Shown in pieces: positions 17,926 through 27,266 of a stretch of DNA of 64,000 bases (position 1 is the first letter of the stretch; each line of letters opens with the position of its first letter). Source of the DNA: Bacteroidales bacterium (GTDB taxonomy: Bacteria > Bacteroidota > Bacteroidia > Bacteroidales > VadinHA17). The notes beneath the pieces were generated by a model. It was not told where the DNA came from, made no database searches, and was given only the letters and a program-made list of their open reading frames with translations. The DNA lies in NCBI GenBank assembly GCA_011620595.1, contig WOYX01000038.1, positions 2,774 through 66,773 on the forward strand, read 5' to 3'. A program made the position numbers and the translations under genes.

Positions 17926-18488
17926 GCCATCACCTTGTCAATGACATACGCCTTTCTGTGCGAGATATCTTCAAACCCTCTCTCCTCCAGCATGGCCGAC
18001 AGCTTATCCGGCTCAAAGCCCCTGTGGCCCGTGAATCCCAGTCCATGGAACGACCCGTCTTCACTGCAGAGGTCAGCCACAGCAAGGTAGCCCCCGGGGT
18101 TGAGCATATCGCGGAATTTCCTGAAAATCTTCTCAACATCGCTGACATGATGAAGCACCATCAGGTTATAGATCAGGTCATATTTCTCATCACCGGGGTC
18201 TTCCTGTTCAAGGTCAAGGTGGAGCACCCTGAGGTTTTCAACTCCCTCTGCGGCAATCTTTTCATTCAGGACCTTCACCATTCCGGCGGAGCTGTCAATG
18301 AGGGTTATCTCTTTCAGCTGATCCTTAAGCAGCAGGCTCAGGAGTCCCGTGCCCGGACCGAATTCAAGAGCCCGCCACTCCCTGTTCAGGGGAATGACCT
18401 TCCTGATCTCCCCGGCTACAGCTGCAGCACGCTCGTGATACATCCGGTTCTTGTCCCATTCAGCTGCCTTATGATCAAATTCGTTCAT
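17844..18488 (-). CDS. Class I SAM-dependent methyltransferase
   Basis: Start set at ATG 18488 (MNEFDHKAAEWDKN). Motif I ALEFGPGTGLLS, then DLIYNLMVLHHV and LNPGGYLAV. Confidence 0.85.
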   Translation of the reverse strand: MNEFDHKAAEWDKNRMYHERAAAVAGEIRKVIPLNREWRALEFGPGTGLLSLLLKDQLKEITLIDSSAGMVKVLNEKIAAEGVENLRVLHLDLEQEDPGDEKYDLIYNLMVLHHVSDVEKIFRKFRDMLNPGGYLAVADLCSEDGSFHGLGFTGHRGFEPDKLSAMLEERGFEDISHRKAYVIDKVMADGSKKQFEVFLMTASLPAKAVQGSTG

Positions 18489-18756
18489 TGTTAAAAAATC
18501 GTTCAATATTCCATTACCTGTAAACAACAAAAATCTCCTGTACAATGTTAATTAATCCGGGGCAAAAGTAATACTCCGGGCAGAATAGCAGCACATTTGG
18601 CTTACTTTGGTCAGTATGGATGCACATTAATTATTGCCGGAAAAAAACAGGGACAGCACCTTTGTTTCAGCACTCCTGCCGCATCAGTCAGGGCAGGTGT
18701 CAGAAAATTATTATCTTTACTTTTTACAAACCTATGCAAATTAAATAAAAAACGGA

Positions 18757-19317
18757 TTGAAACTGTATATTCGGAATATGGTCTGCATCCGTTGCAAAAT
18801 GGTTGTAAAATCCGAGCTTGAAAAGCTTGGGCTGCCCTACAGTTACATTGAACTTGGTGAAGCAGAAATAGTTGGGGAGATTACTCCCGAACAGCGTCAA
18901 AAGCTCGCGGCAGCCCTGAAGAAGACAGGGCTCGAGCTGATGGAAGACAAAAAGAAGATCCTGGTTGAAAGAATAAAGACTTCTATAATTGAGCTGGTTC
19001 ACTTCAACGACGATCAGATAAAGGTTAACCTCTCCGACTACCTGAGCCAGAAACTGAATCACAACTACACTTACCTGGCCAATCTTTTCTCTGAAACAAA
19101 GGGAACGACCATAGAAAAGTATTACCTGACGCACAAAATAGAGAGAGTCAAGGAGCTGCTTGCATACGGTGAGCTAAATCTGACTGAGATAGCGTGGAAG
19201 CTTCACTATAGCAGCGTTGCACATCTGTCAAACCAGTTCAGGAAGATGACCGGGCTTACCCCGACTCAATTCAAAAACCTGAAGGGCAGGAGACCCACGT
19301 CACCTGAAAACATGTGA
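18757..19317 (+). CDS. AraC-family regulator with N-terminal HMA-like (MxCxxC) domain
   Basis: The only in-frame start after the stop at 18742 is TTG 18757. NMVCIRCKMVVKSELEKLGL is a ferredoxin-like metal-binding motif. C-terminal AraC HTH: LTEIAWKLHYSSVAHLSNQFRKMTGLTPTQF. Confidence 0.8.
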   Translation: MKLYIRNMVCIRCKMVVKSELEKLGLPYSYIELGEAEIVGEITPEQRQKLAAALKKTGLELMEDKKKILVERIKTSIIELVHFNDDQIKVNLSDYLSQKLNHNYTYLANLFSETKGTTIEKYYLTHKIERVKELLAYGELNLTEIAWKLHYSSVAHLSNQFRKMTGLTPTQFKNLKGRRPTSPENM

Positions 19318-19377
19318 ATTATGTAACATTCTCATGAAAATGTGTAAAGGTTCTCTAAATAAAGGACTCCAACTTTG
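19311..19377 (+). promoter_or_regulatory. Composite upstream element, copy a (faces kaiC)
   Basis: CATGTGAATTATGTAAC-N15-TGTAAA-N21-CAACTTTG. TGTAA cores at 19322 and 19343 (21 bp apart). The first site overlaps the AraC stop codon (19315-19317). Confidence 0.55.
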
Positions 19378-19568
19378 TAAATCGATTTGAAACTCTCCCG
19401 GCACATCTTTGCCTGAAGAGGTTGAAAATTTTGCTATTGAAACGGATTGTCCGGGACTTTAGTCACGTTGGAACATTATAATGACCGGATAAAAGCCGGA
19501 ATTAAATCTTAACGACGGGCTATTTATCTTAATTGTACCCTGATGATAGTTTATGTAATTGAAATTCA

Positions 19569-21305
19569 ATGAAAAAGGCTGAGCAAGCGTTATCACGGGC
19601 AACTCTTCAAAAGTCTCCCACCGGTATTCAGGGATTTGATGAAATAACGGCCGGCGGGTTACCTGCCGGCAGGCCAACCCTTGTCTGTGGCAGTGCAGGA
19701 TGCGGAAAGACACTTTTCGGGATTGAGTTCCTTGTCCGTGGCGCAACACTGTATAATGAACCGGGTGTGTTTATGTCATTCGAGGAGACCAATGATGAAT
19801 TGATAAAGAATGTTGCTTCTCTCGGGTTTGACCTTGAGGATCTCATTAAGCATAAAAAAATTGCACTTGACCACGTACATATAGAGCGAAGTGAAATAGA
19901 AGAGACAGGGGAATACGACCTGGAGGGGCTGTTCATACGACTTGGTTATGCCATTGACTCCATTGGTGCTAAGCGAGTTGTGCTGGACACCATTGAGTCG
20001 TTGTTTGCCGGACTGCCAAACCAGCTGATCCTGAGGGCTGAACTACGGAGGTTATTCCGCTGGTTAAAGGAAAAAGAGGTGACCGCAATTATAACAGGCG
20101 AACGCGGAGAGGAGACGCTTACAAGGCAGGGGCTGGAGGAATATGTTTCAGACTGTGTCATCATGCTTGACCACCGCGTTACCGAACAGACATCCACGCG
20201 TCGTTTAAGAGTTATAAAATACCGTGGTTCATTGCACGGGACCAATGAGTATCCTTTTCTTATTGATGAAACCGGCTTCTCAGTACTACCGGTAACCTCG
20301 CTGGGATTAGAACATAAAGTATCCAATGAAAGAATCTCCAGCGGGATAACCGAACTTGATAAAATGCTCGAAGGAAAGGGATATTACCGTGGCAGCACCG
20401 TACTTGTCTCAGGTACTGCAGGAGTGGGAAAAACCAGCCTGGCAGCTCACTTTGCCGAGGCGGCATGCAAACGAGGAGAACGGGTTCTATATTTCTGTTT
20501 CGAAGAATCACCCAGCCAGCTGATGCGCAATATGCGTTCCATAGGTATAAATTTAGAACCATGGGTGCATAAGGGGTTGCTGCAATTCCATGCCACCAGG
20601 CCAACATTTTACGGGTTGGAAATGCACCTTGCCGTAACCCACAAGGCTGTCAATGCTTACAAACCTGAGATTGTCATTATGGACCCGATAAATACTTTCA
20701 TTCTCGGGGATACAGAGAACGAAGTCAAATCGATGCTAATGCGCATTGTTGATTTCCTTAAGGGGAATCAGATTACAGCATTGTTTACAAGTCTGACTTC
20801 AAGTGAAAGCGCCCTTGAGAGTTCCGATGTGGGAATTTCCTCACTGATAGATACCTGGTTACTGCTTCGGGATATAGAATTGAACGGCGAACGCAACAGA
20901 GGGATGTATGTACTTAAATCACGGGGAATGGCAAACTCCAATCAGATCCGGGAATTTATCCTGACTGATACCGGCGTTAAACTACGGGAGGTTTATGCCG
21001 GTGCCAACGGAGTCCTGACCGGTTCTGCACGTATTGCACAGGAGGCTCATGAAAATGCCGGACTTTTAAGACAAAAACAGGATATTGAACGAAAAAGGCG
21101 TGAGCTGGAACGAAAACGAAAAGTAATGGAAGCCCGTGTTGCAGCCTTACATGCCGAATTTAAATCGCAAGAATCGGAAGCTCTTAAAAACCTGGAAGCA
21201 GAACAGGAAATTATCAGGCTGCAGAAAAGGAATAAGATGGAAATGGCGGCAAACAGAAAATCAGTCACTGAAAAGAGGAAAACGAAGAAACACACCAAAC
21301 CATAG
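19569..21305 (+). CDS. kaiC: KaiC homologue with C-terminal charged/coiled-coil-like extension
   Basis: Two RecA-like domains with Walker A motifs GSAGCGKT and GTAGVGKT. Phosphosite-equivalent segment [13 protein letters not shown] (Ser424-Ser425) aligns to the cyanobacterial SHISTITDTIILL. About 80 extra C-terminal residues are rich in heptad-like K/R/E ([49 protein letters not shown]...). Confidence 0.9.
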   Translation: MKKAEQALSRATLQKSPTGIQGFDEITAGGLPAGRPTLVCGSAGCGKTLFGIEFLVRGATLYNEPGVFMSFEETNDELIKNVASLGFDLEDLIKHKKIALDHVHIERSEIEETGEYDLEGLFIRLGYAIDSIGAKRVVLDTIESLFAGLPNQLILRAELRRLFRWLKEKEVTAIITGERGEETLTRQGLEEYVSDCVIMLDHRVTEQTSTRRLRVIKYRGSLHGTNEYPFLIDETGFSVLPVTSLGLEHKVSNERISSGITELDKMLEGKGYYRGSTVLVSGTAGVGKTSLAAHFAEAACKRGERVLYFCFEESPSQLMRNMRSIGINLEPWVHKGLLQFHATRPTFYGLEMHLAVTHKAVNAYKPEIVIMDPINTFILGDTENEVKSMLMRIVDFLKGNQITALFTSLTSSESALESSDVGISSLIDTWLLLRDIELNGERNRGMYVLKSRGMANSNQIREFILTDTGVKLREVYAGANGVLTGSARIAQEAHENAGLLRQKQDIERKRRELERKRKVMEARVAALHAEFKSQESEALKNLEAEQEIIRLQKRNKMEMAANRKSVTEKRKTKKHTKP

Positions 21306-21310
21306 ACCCG

Positions 21311-21652
21311 ATGAACCCAATGAACGACAAATCCGAAGTAAAAACCAAAAGAAAGAAACCGCCAAAAGCAGAAGCCAACAGGTGGGTATTGCGATTATAT
21401 GTAGCAGGTCAGTCGCCAAAGGCTCTTACTGCCTTTGCCAATCTGAAGAAAATTTGTGAAGAGCAACTGGAAGGAAAATACTCCATTGAGGTAATTGATC
21501 TCTTGATAAACCCGCAGCTGGGTAATGAAGACCAGATCCTCGCCCTGCCTACATTAGTAAGGAAATTACCTGTACCGGTTCGTAAGATAATAGGTGACCT
21601 TTCAGATACTGAGCGGGTTCTTGTCGGACTAGATCTGTTTCATGTCGACTGA
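21311..21652 (+). CDS. kaiB: KaiB homologue 1 (Lys-rich N-terminal extension)
   Basis: [75 protein letters not shown] is a canonical KaiB thioredoxin-like core. Confidence 0.9.
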   Translation: MNPMNDKSEVKTKRKKPPKAEANRWVLRLYVAGQSPKALTAFANLKKICEEQLEGKYSIEVIDLLINPQLGNEDQILALPTLVRKLPVPVRKIIGDLSDTERVLVGLDLFHVD

Positions 21653-21683
21653 ATATTCAATCCGGCACTTTTAAGAAGTGATC

Positions 21684-22028
21684 ATGAAAAAGAAAAAGGA
21701 AGAAGCAAAAGAAACCACGGCATCGTTTGACGAGGCAATGTCCGGATTGCATGAAGGCAGATATATTTTGCGATTATTCATTACCGGTACAACCACCAAA
21801 TCGGTCCTTGCTCTTACAAACCTCAAGAAGATTTGCGAAGAGTATCTTGAAGGCAGGTATGAGCTGGAGGTGATAGACCTGTATCAGAATCCGGGTCTGG
21901 CAAAAGACGAACAGATAATTGCGGCCCCGACTCTGATCAAAAAACTGCCACTTCCGTTCCGTCGTATTATAGGCGATATGTCAGACATTGAGAAGGTACT
22001 TATGGGGCTGGAGATCAAGAAGCTGTAA
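21684..22028 (+). CDS. kaiB: KaiB homologue 2
   Basis: [75 protein letters not shown], roughly 60% identical to KaiB-1 by eye. ATG at 21684; the ORF track starts at GTG 21678. Confidence 0.9.
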   Translation: MKKKKEEAKETTASFDEAMSGLHEGRYILRLFITGTTTKSVLALTNLKKICEEYLEGRYELEVIDLYQNPGLAKDEQIIAAPTLIKKLPLPFRRIIGDMSDIEKVLMGLEIKKL

Positions 22029-22082
22029 ATCGGGCAACAGGTTGATCAAGTTAAATAAATCAGGTTTATCATAATAAAGTCA

Positions 22083-22796
22083 ATGACCAGGACAAAAGAA
22101 CAACTCATAATTGAGAATAAGGAATTGCAATCACGCCTCGCGGAAACTGAAGAGACTCTTGCAGCGATCCGGGGCGGAGAAGTAGATGCGATTATGGTAC
22201 CTGGCAGGGATGGAGAGCAGGTCTATTCCATCAGTTCTGCGGAAACTCCCTATCGCACTTTTATCGAAGAGATGAATGAGGGAGCAGTCACTCTATCCGG
22301 AGAAGGACTGGTGATATATTGTAATCAGAGATTTGCGGAGCTGGTGAACGAACCCATTGAACGGGTTATTGGTTCATACTTTAAGCGCTTCATTATTCCG
22401 AATGACAGATCCAAATTCGATAAATTGCTTGCGCATAAAAAACAAAATATAAATAATGTCCTGACGGTATCTCTTGTCAACTCATTATATCTGAAACTGT
22501 CATTTCACCTTTTACCTGCTTATCTCCAGGGTGATAATTGCATACTTGTCGCAACCGACATATCTGAAATAAAGAGGGAGGAGAAGAAACTCCTTAAGTT
22601 ATCACACTTGCTGGAACAAAAGCTGGAAATAATACAGCAATTGCGAATGCAACTGATTGAGAAAAAAATCGACTCCGATATTGAGCTAAAAAAATTGAAA
22701 AGTTCGAACAAAAAGCTGATTCAGAAGATAGCCAGACATGAGCAGGTCGAGGCAGATTTAAAGCTTAAGCTAAAGCATAAGAAGAAGACCCTCTGA
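22083..22796 (+). CDS. Stand-alone PAS protein with C-terminal coiled coil, no output domain
   Basis: The N-terminal segment ELQSRLAETEETLAAIRGGEVDAIMV..GEQVYSISSAETPYRTFIEEMNEGAVTLSGEGLVIYCNQRFAELV is typical of PAS S-box sensor proteins. The tail is K/E/L-rich heptads. No HisKA/HATPase. Confidence 0.8.
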   Translation: MTRTKEQLIIENKELQSRLAETEETLAAIRGGEVDAIMVPGRDGEQVYSISSAETPYRTFIEEMNEGAVTLSGEGLVIYCNQRFAELVNEPIERVIGSYFKRFIIPNDRSKFDKLLAHKKQNINNVLTVSLVNSLYLKLSFHLLPAYLQGDNCILVATDISEIKREEKKLLKLSHLLEQKLEIIQQLRMQLIEKKIDSDIELKKLKSSNKKLIQKIARHEQVEADLKLKLKHKKKTL

Positions 22797-22802
22797 ATTG
22801 TC

Positions 22803-24557
22803 ATGAAAGGACTATTGTTCATAATCCTTGCATTATTTTTGTTTAACGGATGCGCTTTGATGAGAATGCCTGATTTTGCCAGGGTACCTGAGAAGTCCGG
22901 CACATACCCTCAATTTACATCCGGAGATTCGCTTATAGGGCATCTCGATGAAGACCGGTCAGGCTATGACGTTTTTTTCTACGATCTGGATCTTCACCCT
23001 GACCTTGCCGGAAAGAGACTGGGAGGCAGGGTTGATATCCATTTCAGGGCAATTTCAAGTTTCAGTGAATTACGCATCGACCTGTATGATAACCTCGACA
23101 TAATCAGCCTGAAGCTTTCCGGGGATGAGATACCTTATTCGCGTAATGACCGTGCGGTGAATATCTCACTCCCTCGTCCGCTTATGTCCGGCCATGACTA
23201 CATTCTGACTGTGGAATATGAGGGCAAACCAGCGCGTGCAAAAAATCCGCCCTGGGGAGGTGGCGTTGTGTGGAGAAAAGATGATGATGGCAATCCCTGG
23301 GTGGCAGTATCATGCGAAACCGAAGGAGGAAGCCTCTGGTTTCCATGCAAGGATCACCTTTCAGACGAACCGGACAGCGTCAGGCTCCGAATGACAGTTC
23401 CGAAAGGCCTGCAGGTTGTCTCAAACGGCATAATGCAGAGTCATACATCACTTCAGGGGGAGGAAACATATACATGGCTTACGCGGTATCCTGTCAATAT
23501 TTACAACATCACCTTCTATGTTGGTAAATACGAGCATTTCAGTGATACGATGCTTACGCCACAGGGTATTCTTGACCTTGATTATTTTGTTTTGCCTCAG
23601 AACCTTGCCAGGGCCAAAAAACACTTTTTACAGGTTAAAGATGTTTTAAACCTCTATTCCGGGTTATACGGACCATACCCCTGGATGAAGGAGGGGTTCA
23701 GACTTGTCGAGTCACCCTTTGAAGGCATGGAGCATCAGACAGCCATCGCATACGGTAGCGGTTATTCAAACCGTGGCTGGCTGGGGGGTGATTATGTCAT
23801 TGTGCATGAAGCCGCGCACGAGTGGTGGGGTAACGCAGTGTCAGTCAGTGATTTCAGTGACATCTGGCTCCATGAGGGGTTTGCAACATATTCTGAGATA
23901 CTTTTTGCGGAAAGTACACTGGGCTATGAAAACTCACTGTTGTATGCCAGATACTATATAGCTGCTTCGATAAAGAACAGATTTCCCGTTGCCGGTCCGG
24001 CAGGTGTAAGCTATTGGAACTCCGGCGACAATGATGTTTACAACAAGGGAGCCATGATACTTCATACAATCCGCAATATCGTGAACGACAGCACTCTCTT
24101 TTTTGATATTCTGCAGACTTTTTATTCTGAGCACGCGGCTGCATCGCACGTCACAACGGAGGATTTCATCAGAATTGTCGAGCGTAAAACCGGGAAGGAT
24201 TGGCATGATTTCTTTGAGGTGTACCTGTACAGGCGCGAGGTACCTGTCCTGCACTGGTATTACAGCCCTGCGGGCATCGACGGAGCTGCAGGCTCGCCAT
24301 CGGGTAACGGCGGTCCGGTCATTGCTGCAAAATGGACCGGGGTTCCGGAGGGTTTCAGTATGCCGGTTGAATTATTCTGTGAGGAGCAGAATGTTACCAT
24401 CAGGATTGATGTTTCAACAGAGGCTGAACTCTTTTATGATGAGGCACTGTCTGAATGTGCCAGGCTGACCTGTAACAGGAGACTCTCTTATTTTGATCCG
24501 GTTACGGTTAAGAGCGTACTGCTCGAGGCCGCATCATACGGTCGCGGCACAGAATAA
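22803..24557 (+). CDS. M1-family metallopeptidase lipoprotein
   Basis: Lipobox LFNGC. Zinc motif HEAAHEWWGN followed by WLHEGFATY. Starts 6 nt after the PAS gene. Confidence 0.85.
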   Translation: MKGLLFIILALFLFNGCALMRMPDFARVPEKSGTYPQFTSGDSLIGHLDEDRSGYDVFFYDLDLHPDLAGKRLGGRVDIHFRAISSFSELRIDLYDNLDIISLKLSGDEIPYSRNDRAVNISLPRPLMSGHDYILTVEYEGKPARAKNPPWGGGVVWRKDDDGNPWVAVSCETEGGSLWFPCKDHLSDEPDSVRLRMTVPKGLQVVSNGIMQSHTSLQGEETYTWLTRYPVNIYNITFYVGKYEHFSDTMLTPQGILDLDYFVLPQNLARAKKHFLQVKDVLNLYSGLYGPYPWMKEGFRLVESPFEGMEHQTAIAYGSGYSNRGWLGGDYVIVHEAAHEWWGNAVSVSDFSDIWLHEGFATYSEILFAESTLGYENSLLYARYYIAASIKNRFPVAGPAGVSYWNSGDNDVYNKGAMILHTIRNIVNDSTLFFDILQTFYSEHAAASHVTTEDFIRIVERKTGKDWHDFFEVYLYRREVPVLHWYYSPAGIDGAAGSPSGNGGPVIAAKWTGVPEGFSMPVELFCEEQNVTIRIDVSTEAELFYDEALSECARLTCNRRLSYFDPVTVKSVLLEAASYGRGTE

Positions 24558-24603
24558 CATCACTTATCCATATTAAATTGGCTCTGTGACTGAAAGCTCA
24601 GTC

Positions 24604-24672
24604 AATGTGTGAATTATGTAATTTATACATGCAATTATGTAACAGTTACACAGGCCTTCCGGGGTAAATTTG
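24604..24672 (+). promoter_or_regulatory. Composite upstream element, copy b
   Basis: AATGTGTGAATTATGTAAT-N15-TGTAAC-N21-TAAATTTG. TGTAA cores at 24617 and 24638. Perfect TAnnTTTG at 24665-24672, 72 nt before the ATG at 24744. Confidence 0.65.
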
Positions 24673-24743
24673 CAGGTAATCTCTTATTAAGTCAACATGA
24701 GAATTGACAGATCCCTTATTAATACTCACATAAATCAAAGAAA

Positions 24744-25073
24744 ATGAAGAAGATCGTTCTCTGCCTGATGGCAACGGTGATGTCATTGGCGTTCATCCCG
24801 CTAGAATTAAACGCCAAACCAAAAGTTACCGCACCGCCGATCGAGGCCCCAAGTCCTGTTACTCCTGCAGAAGCAGCCAGGGCAAACGAATTGCTGCTAA
24901 GATTGGACGAAATCAAGAAGTCTGACAAATCAGATCTTAAAGCTTCCGAAAAGAAAGAGCTGCGAAGTGAAGTACGTGCAATAAACAGTGAGCTCAAGGC
25001 TATTGGAAATGGTGTATACATTTCAGGTGCAGCAGTGATTGTTATCATCATATTACTTATCGTCCTCCTTTAA
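24744..25073 (+). CDS. Small secreted/tail-anchored coiled-coil protein
   Basis: 109 aa. Signal peptide, Pro-rich linker, charged helical segment, C-terminal TM AAVIVIIILLIVLL. Confidence 0.65.
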   Translation: MKKIVLCLMATVMSLAFIPLELNAKPKVTAPPIEAPSPVTPAEAARANELLLRLDEIKKSDKSDLKASEKKELRSEVRAINSELKAIGNGVYISGAAVIVIIILLIVLL

Positions 25074-25093
25074 GAAATTAAAATCCAACATTC

Positions 25094-25255
25094 ATGAAAA
25101 ACTTACTTTACATAATTGCGGTTGTACTTGTTATTGCATGGGCAATAGGCTTTTTTGGGTTTAGAGCGGGAGGCCTGATACATGTGCTTTTGGTCATTGC
25201 CGCCATTGTAATTCTGGTCAGGATCATCCAGGGGAGAAGAATCCTCGGAGACTGA
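25094..25255 (+). CDS. lmo0937-like small membrane protein (53 aa, below ORF-track cutoff)
   Basis: Hand-translated: MKNLLYIIAVVLVIAWAIGFFGFRAGGLIHVLLVIAAIVILVRIIQGRRILGD*. Two TM helices with the G..IH.LLVIA.I..I pattern of this widespread small-protein family. Confidence 0.7.
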   Translation: MKNLLYIIAVVLVIAWAIGFFGFRAGGLIHVLLVIAAIVILVRIIQGRRILGD

Positions 25256-25377
25256 TGTCAGATAAAATCATTAATCGCTCCGGGGTATCCGAAGTTCATC
25301 GTGCATGCCTGAAAACAAACAGATCAGTTATGGGCAGCCCGATGCCGGATATCCGGAGCAGGCTTTAAAAACAGGAA

Positions 25378-25824
25378 ATGGACACCGAAACCAACATACT
25401 GAGATCACCTGGTGCAGGAGAACTGCCAGCTGATGCTTCATCAGCTCTCAGGCAGGATCTTCCGGATTTAATCCGCAACATGAAACTAAGCAATGCATGG
25501 ATAAGGGGGAATCTCAATTCTATGATTCTTGTAAAAAATACCGAAAAGAATGTTATGCTGGTTGCATTGCATGAGGGGACGGAGATTGTTTCATACCAGT
25601 CAAATGATTCCATCACCTTTCAGATTATTGAAGGGAAGCTGGAATTTTATACAAGGAAAACTTCAGCTGCTATCGGCATGGGAGAGGTGTTGACTCTGAA
25701 TGACAAAGTGAAGTACCGGTTTACAGCCAGCGAAGAGACTGTTCTGCTTCTCTCTATTGCAAAGGATCGTGCCGGGAGTGCCATGACCACATGGAACAGG
25801 GAAGAAGCCATGGATGATTTATGA
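25378..25824 (+). CDS. Hypothetical protein, possibly cupin-fold
   Basis: 148-aa ORF. The beta-rich segment VMLVALHEGTEIVSYQSNDSITFQIIEGKLEFYTRKTSAAIGMGEVLTLNDKVKYRFTA resembles a cupin barrel. Start uncertain. Confidence 0.5.
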   Translation: MDTETNILRSPGAGELPADASSALRQDLPDLIRNMKLSNAWIRGNLNSMILVKNTEKNVMLVALHEGTEIVSYQSNDSITFQIIEGKLEFYTRKTSAAIGMGEVLTLNDKVKYRFTASEETVLLLSIAKDRAGSAMTTWNREEAMDDL

Positions 25825-25912
25825 CAGAAGCGTTATAGTGATAATTCACAAAAACCCGGTTTAACCATTAGATAAATAACCTGATGAGAGCATCAGATAA
25901 AATCATACTGAA

Positions 25913-26116
25913 ATGAGAATAAACAACAATCTTTCCAGACTGAAAATACGCGACTTTTCCCCCAGGCAACAATCACGCGATTTTCCTTTCAGGCTTAAAT
26001 TACCCAACTATCCTTCACGGCTTAAATTACGCAACTATAGGCTGAAGCTGTTTATGGAATCCCTGGTCATTGCCACGGCTGCAGTACTGCTGATGGTTAT
26101 TTTACTTTCCTCCTGA
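25913..26116 (+). CDS. Possible 67-aa protein: four 9-aa basic repeats plus a C-terminal TM helix
   Basis: MRINNNLSRLKIRDFSPRQQS/RDFPFRLKL/PNYPSRLKL/RNYRLKLFM/ESLVIATAAVLLMVILLSS. The repeats derive from a 27-bp DNA repeat, so coding status is uncertain. Confidence 0.3.
   Translation: MRINNNLSRLKIRDFSPRQQSRDFPFRLKLPNYPSRLKLRNYRLKLFMESLVIATAAVLLMVILLSS
25946..26053. repeat. Degenerate 27-bp tandem repeat x4
   Basis: Units start at 25946, 25973, 26000 and 26027. GGCTTAAATTAC(C/G)CAACTAT occurs at 25992 and 26019. Neighbouring units share 12-20 nt. Confidence 0.65.
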
Positions 26117-26200
26117 CAATGGACCGTTGCTGTAAGGCTGCCCGGATTATGGAGGCAGGCCTTGCAGGCTTTATAACATTTAAAATAAAAACAGATACAC

Positions 26201-26410
26201 ATGAAAAAAGCAGCTATTATCATTCTGATCATTGGACTGGCGTTGACGATTTTTACAACGGTCACTTACTTTACCAAAGAAAAAGTTGTTGATCTGGGAG
26301 AACTGGAGATCACGGCGAACAAGCGCCATAACCTTAACTGGTCGCCTTTTATTGGTCTTGGTGTAATGGCAGTGGGAGGAGTCTTGATGCTGGTTCCGTT
26401 CAAAAAGTAG
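26201..26410 (+). CDS. Small two-TM membrane protein
   Basis: 69 aa: MKKAAIIILIIGLALTIFTTV...FIGLGVMAVGGVLMLVPFKK. Followed by a strong terminator. Confidence 0.6.
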   Translation: MKKAAIIILIIGLALTIFTTVTYFTKEKVVDLGELEITANKRHNLNWSPFIGLGVMAVGGVLMLVPFKK

Positions 26411-26440
26411 GCTGAGCCCGGTTCCGTGCATTGAGTACAA

Positions 26441-26478
26441 AGCCTGGACTGCAAGTATTAAGCAGTCCGGGCTTTTTG
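26441..26478 (+). terminator. Intrinsic terminator after the 69-aa membrane protein gene
   Basis: 12-bp stem AGCCTGGACTGC / GCAGTCCGGGCT (one G-U pair) followed by TTTTT. The loop contains the stop codon of the convergent gene 26458-27078. Confidence 0.7.
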
Positions 26479-27078
26479 CGCATGGAAATAGGTCAGTCCG
26501 TTCAGCACGGTCATATCCATTACTTTAAACCCGTAATCCTGTAGCAATAATGAAACACTGCTCTGTGACATCCGGGTATTGGTTCTTGAATCCAGAAAGC
26601 TGTATAACCTGTTGATGAATGGAACACTCGAGTATATCGCGTTTTCAATGTCGTCAAAATAATCCCCGTCAGAAAATGCAGAAGTGCTGTTGTTCAGTTT
26701 ATATCTGTCAATTTCCTTATTGTCAATGAAACGCCCCAGCAGGTTGCTTTTCTGTGGCATGATGTGGTAACATGACCGGATAAAGTCTGTAATCCCCCTT
26801 ATCTTATTCAGTTCCGTCAGGTTCACAAGGGTCCTTGCCCTCTTCATCTCTTCGGCATCAAAATAGAAATGCTGCCTGAATGAAAGTACTACCATATCCT
26901 GCTCCTGTGCGAGGCCAAGCTTGCTGACATAATCAAGGAAAGCCGATCCGCCTTCAGCGACCAGGGTGTCGAGAATGCTGCCGGTAACCTGCAGGTTTAC
27001 CGGCCTGCTGTGCATGCTTGTGCTTCCATTTGGGTAAGAGAAAGCATCCGTCTTGTCAACCGGTAAATAATTTTTCAT
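26458..27078 (-). CDS. Hypothetical protein (206 aa)
   Basis: Long ORF with balanced composition and no motif I can name. Preceded by element copy c. Confidence 0.6.
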   Translation of the reverse strand: MKNYLPVDKTDAFSYPNGSTSMHSRPVNLQVTGSILDTLVAEGGSAFLDYVSKLGLAQEQDMVVLSFRQHFYFDAEEMKRARTLVNLTELNKIRGITDFIRSCYHIMPQKSNLLGRFIDNKEIDRYKLNNSTSAFSDGDYFDDIENAIYSSVPFINRLYSFLDSRTNTRMSQSSVSLLLQDYGFKVMDMTVLNGLTYFHAQKARTA

Positions 27079-27109
27079 GCAAGAATCTTTTTAGATAGAA
27101 TTTGTTCTG

Positions 27110-27179
27110 TAAAGATGAACATCAACCTGGCCGAAAGTGTTACATCATTCAGTATATTAGTTACATGATTCACACATGA
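27110..27179 (-). promoter_or_regulatory. Composite upstream element, copy c
   Basis: Minus strand reads TCATGTGTGAATCATGTAAC-N15-TGTAAC-N21-CATCTTTA. TGTAA cores start at 27165 and 27144. The -7-like box ends 32 nt before the start at 27078. Confidence 0.6.
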
Positions 27180-27266
27180 GAAGTAATGACATGCGTGAGC
27201 TGGACTGCAGCACAAAAAAAGAGCTGTCCCATTTCCGGGACAGCCCCTTGCAGTATAAGCATTTTG

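Noticed and set aside
25825-25912. Reverse-oriented partial match to the regulon element (TTGTGAATTATCAC, complement of 25841-25854) after the cupin-like gene.
   Set aside because: Only the GTGAATTAT part matches. There is no TGTAA core, no second site at +21 and no -7 box, and it would face the 3' end of a gene.
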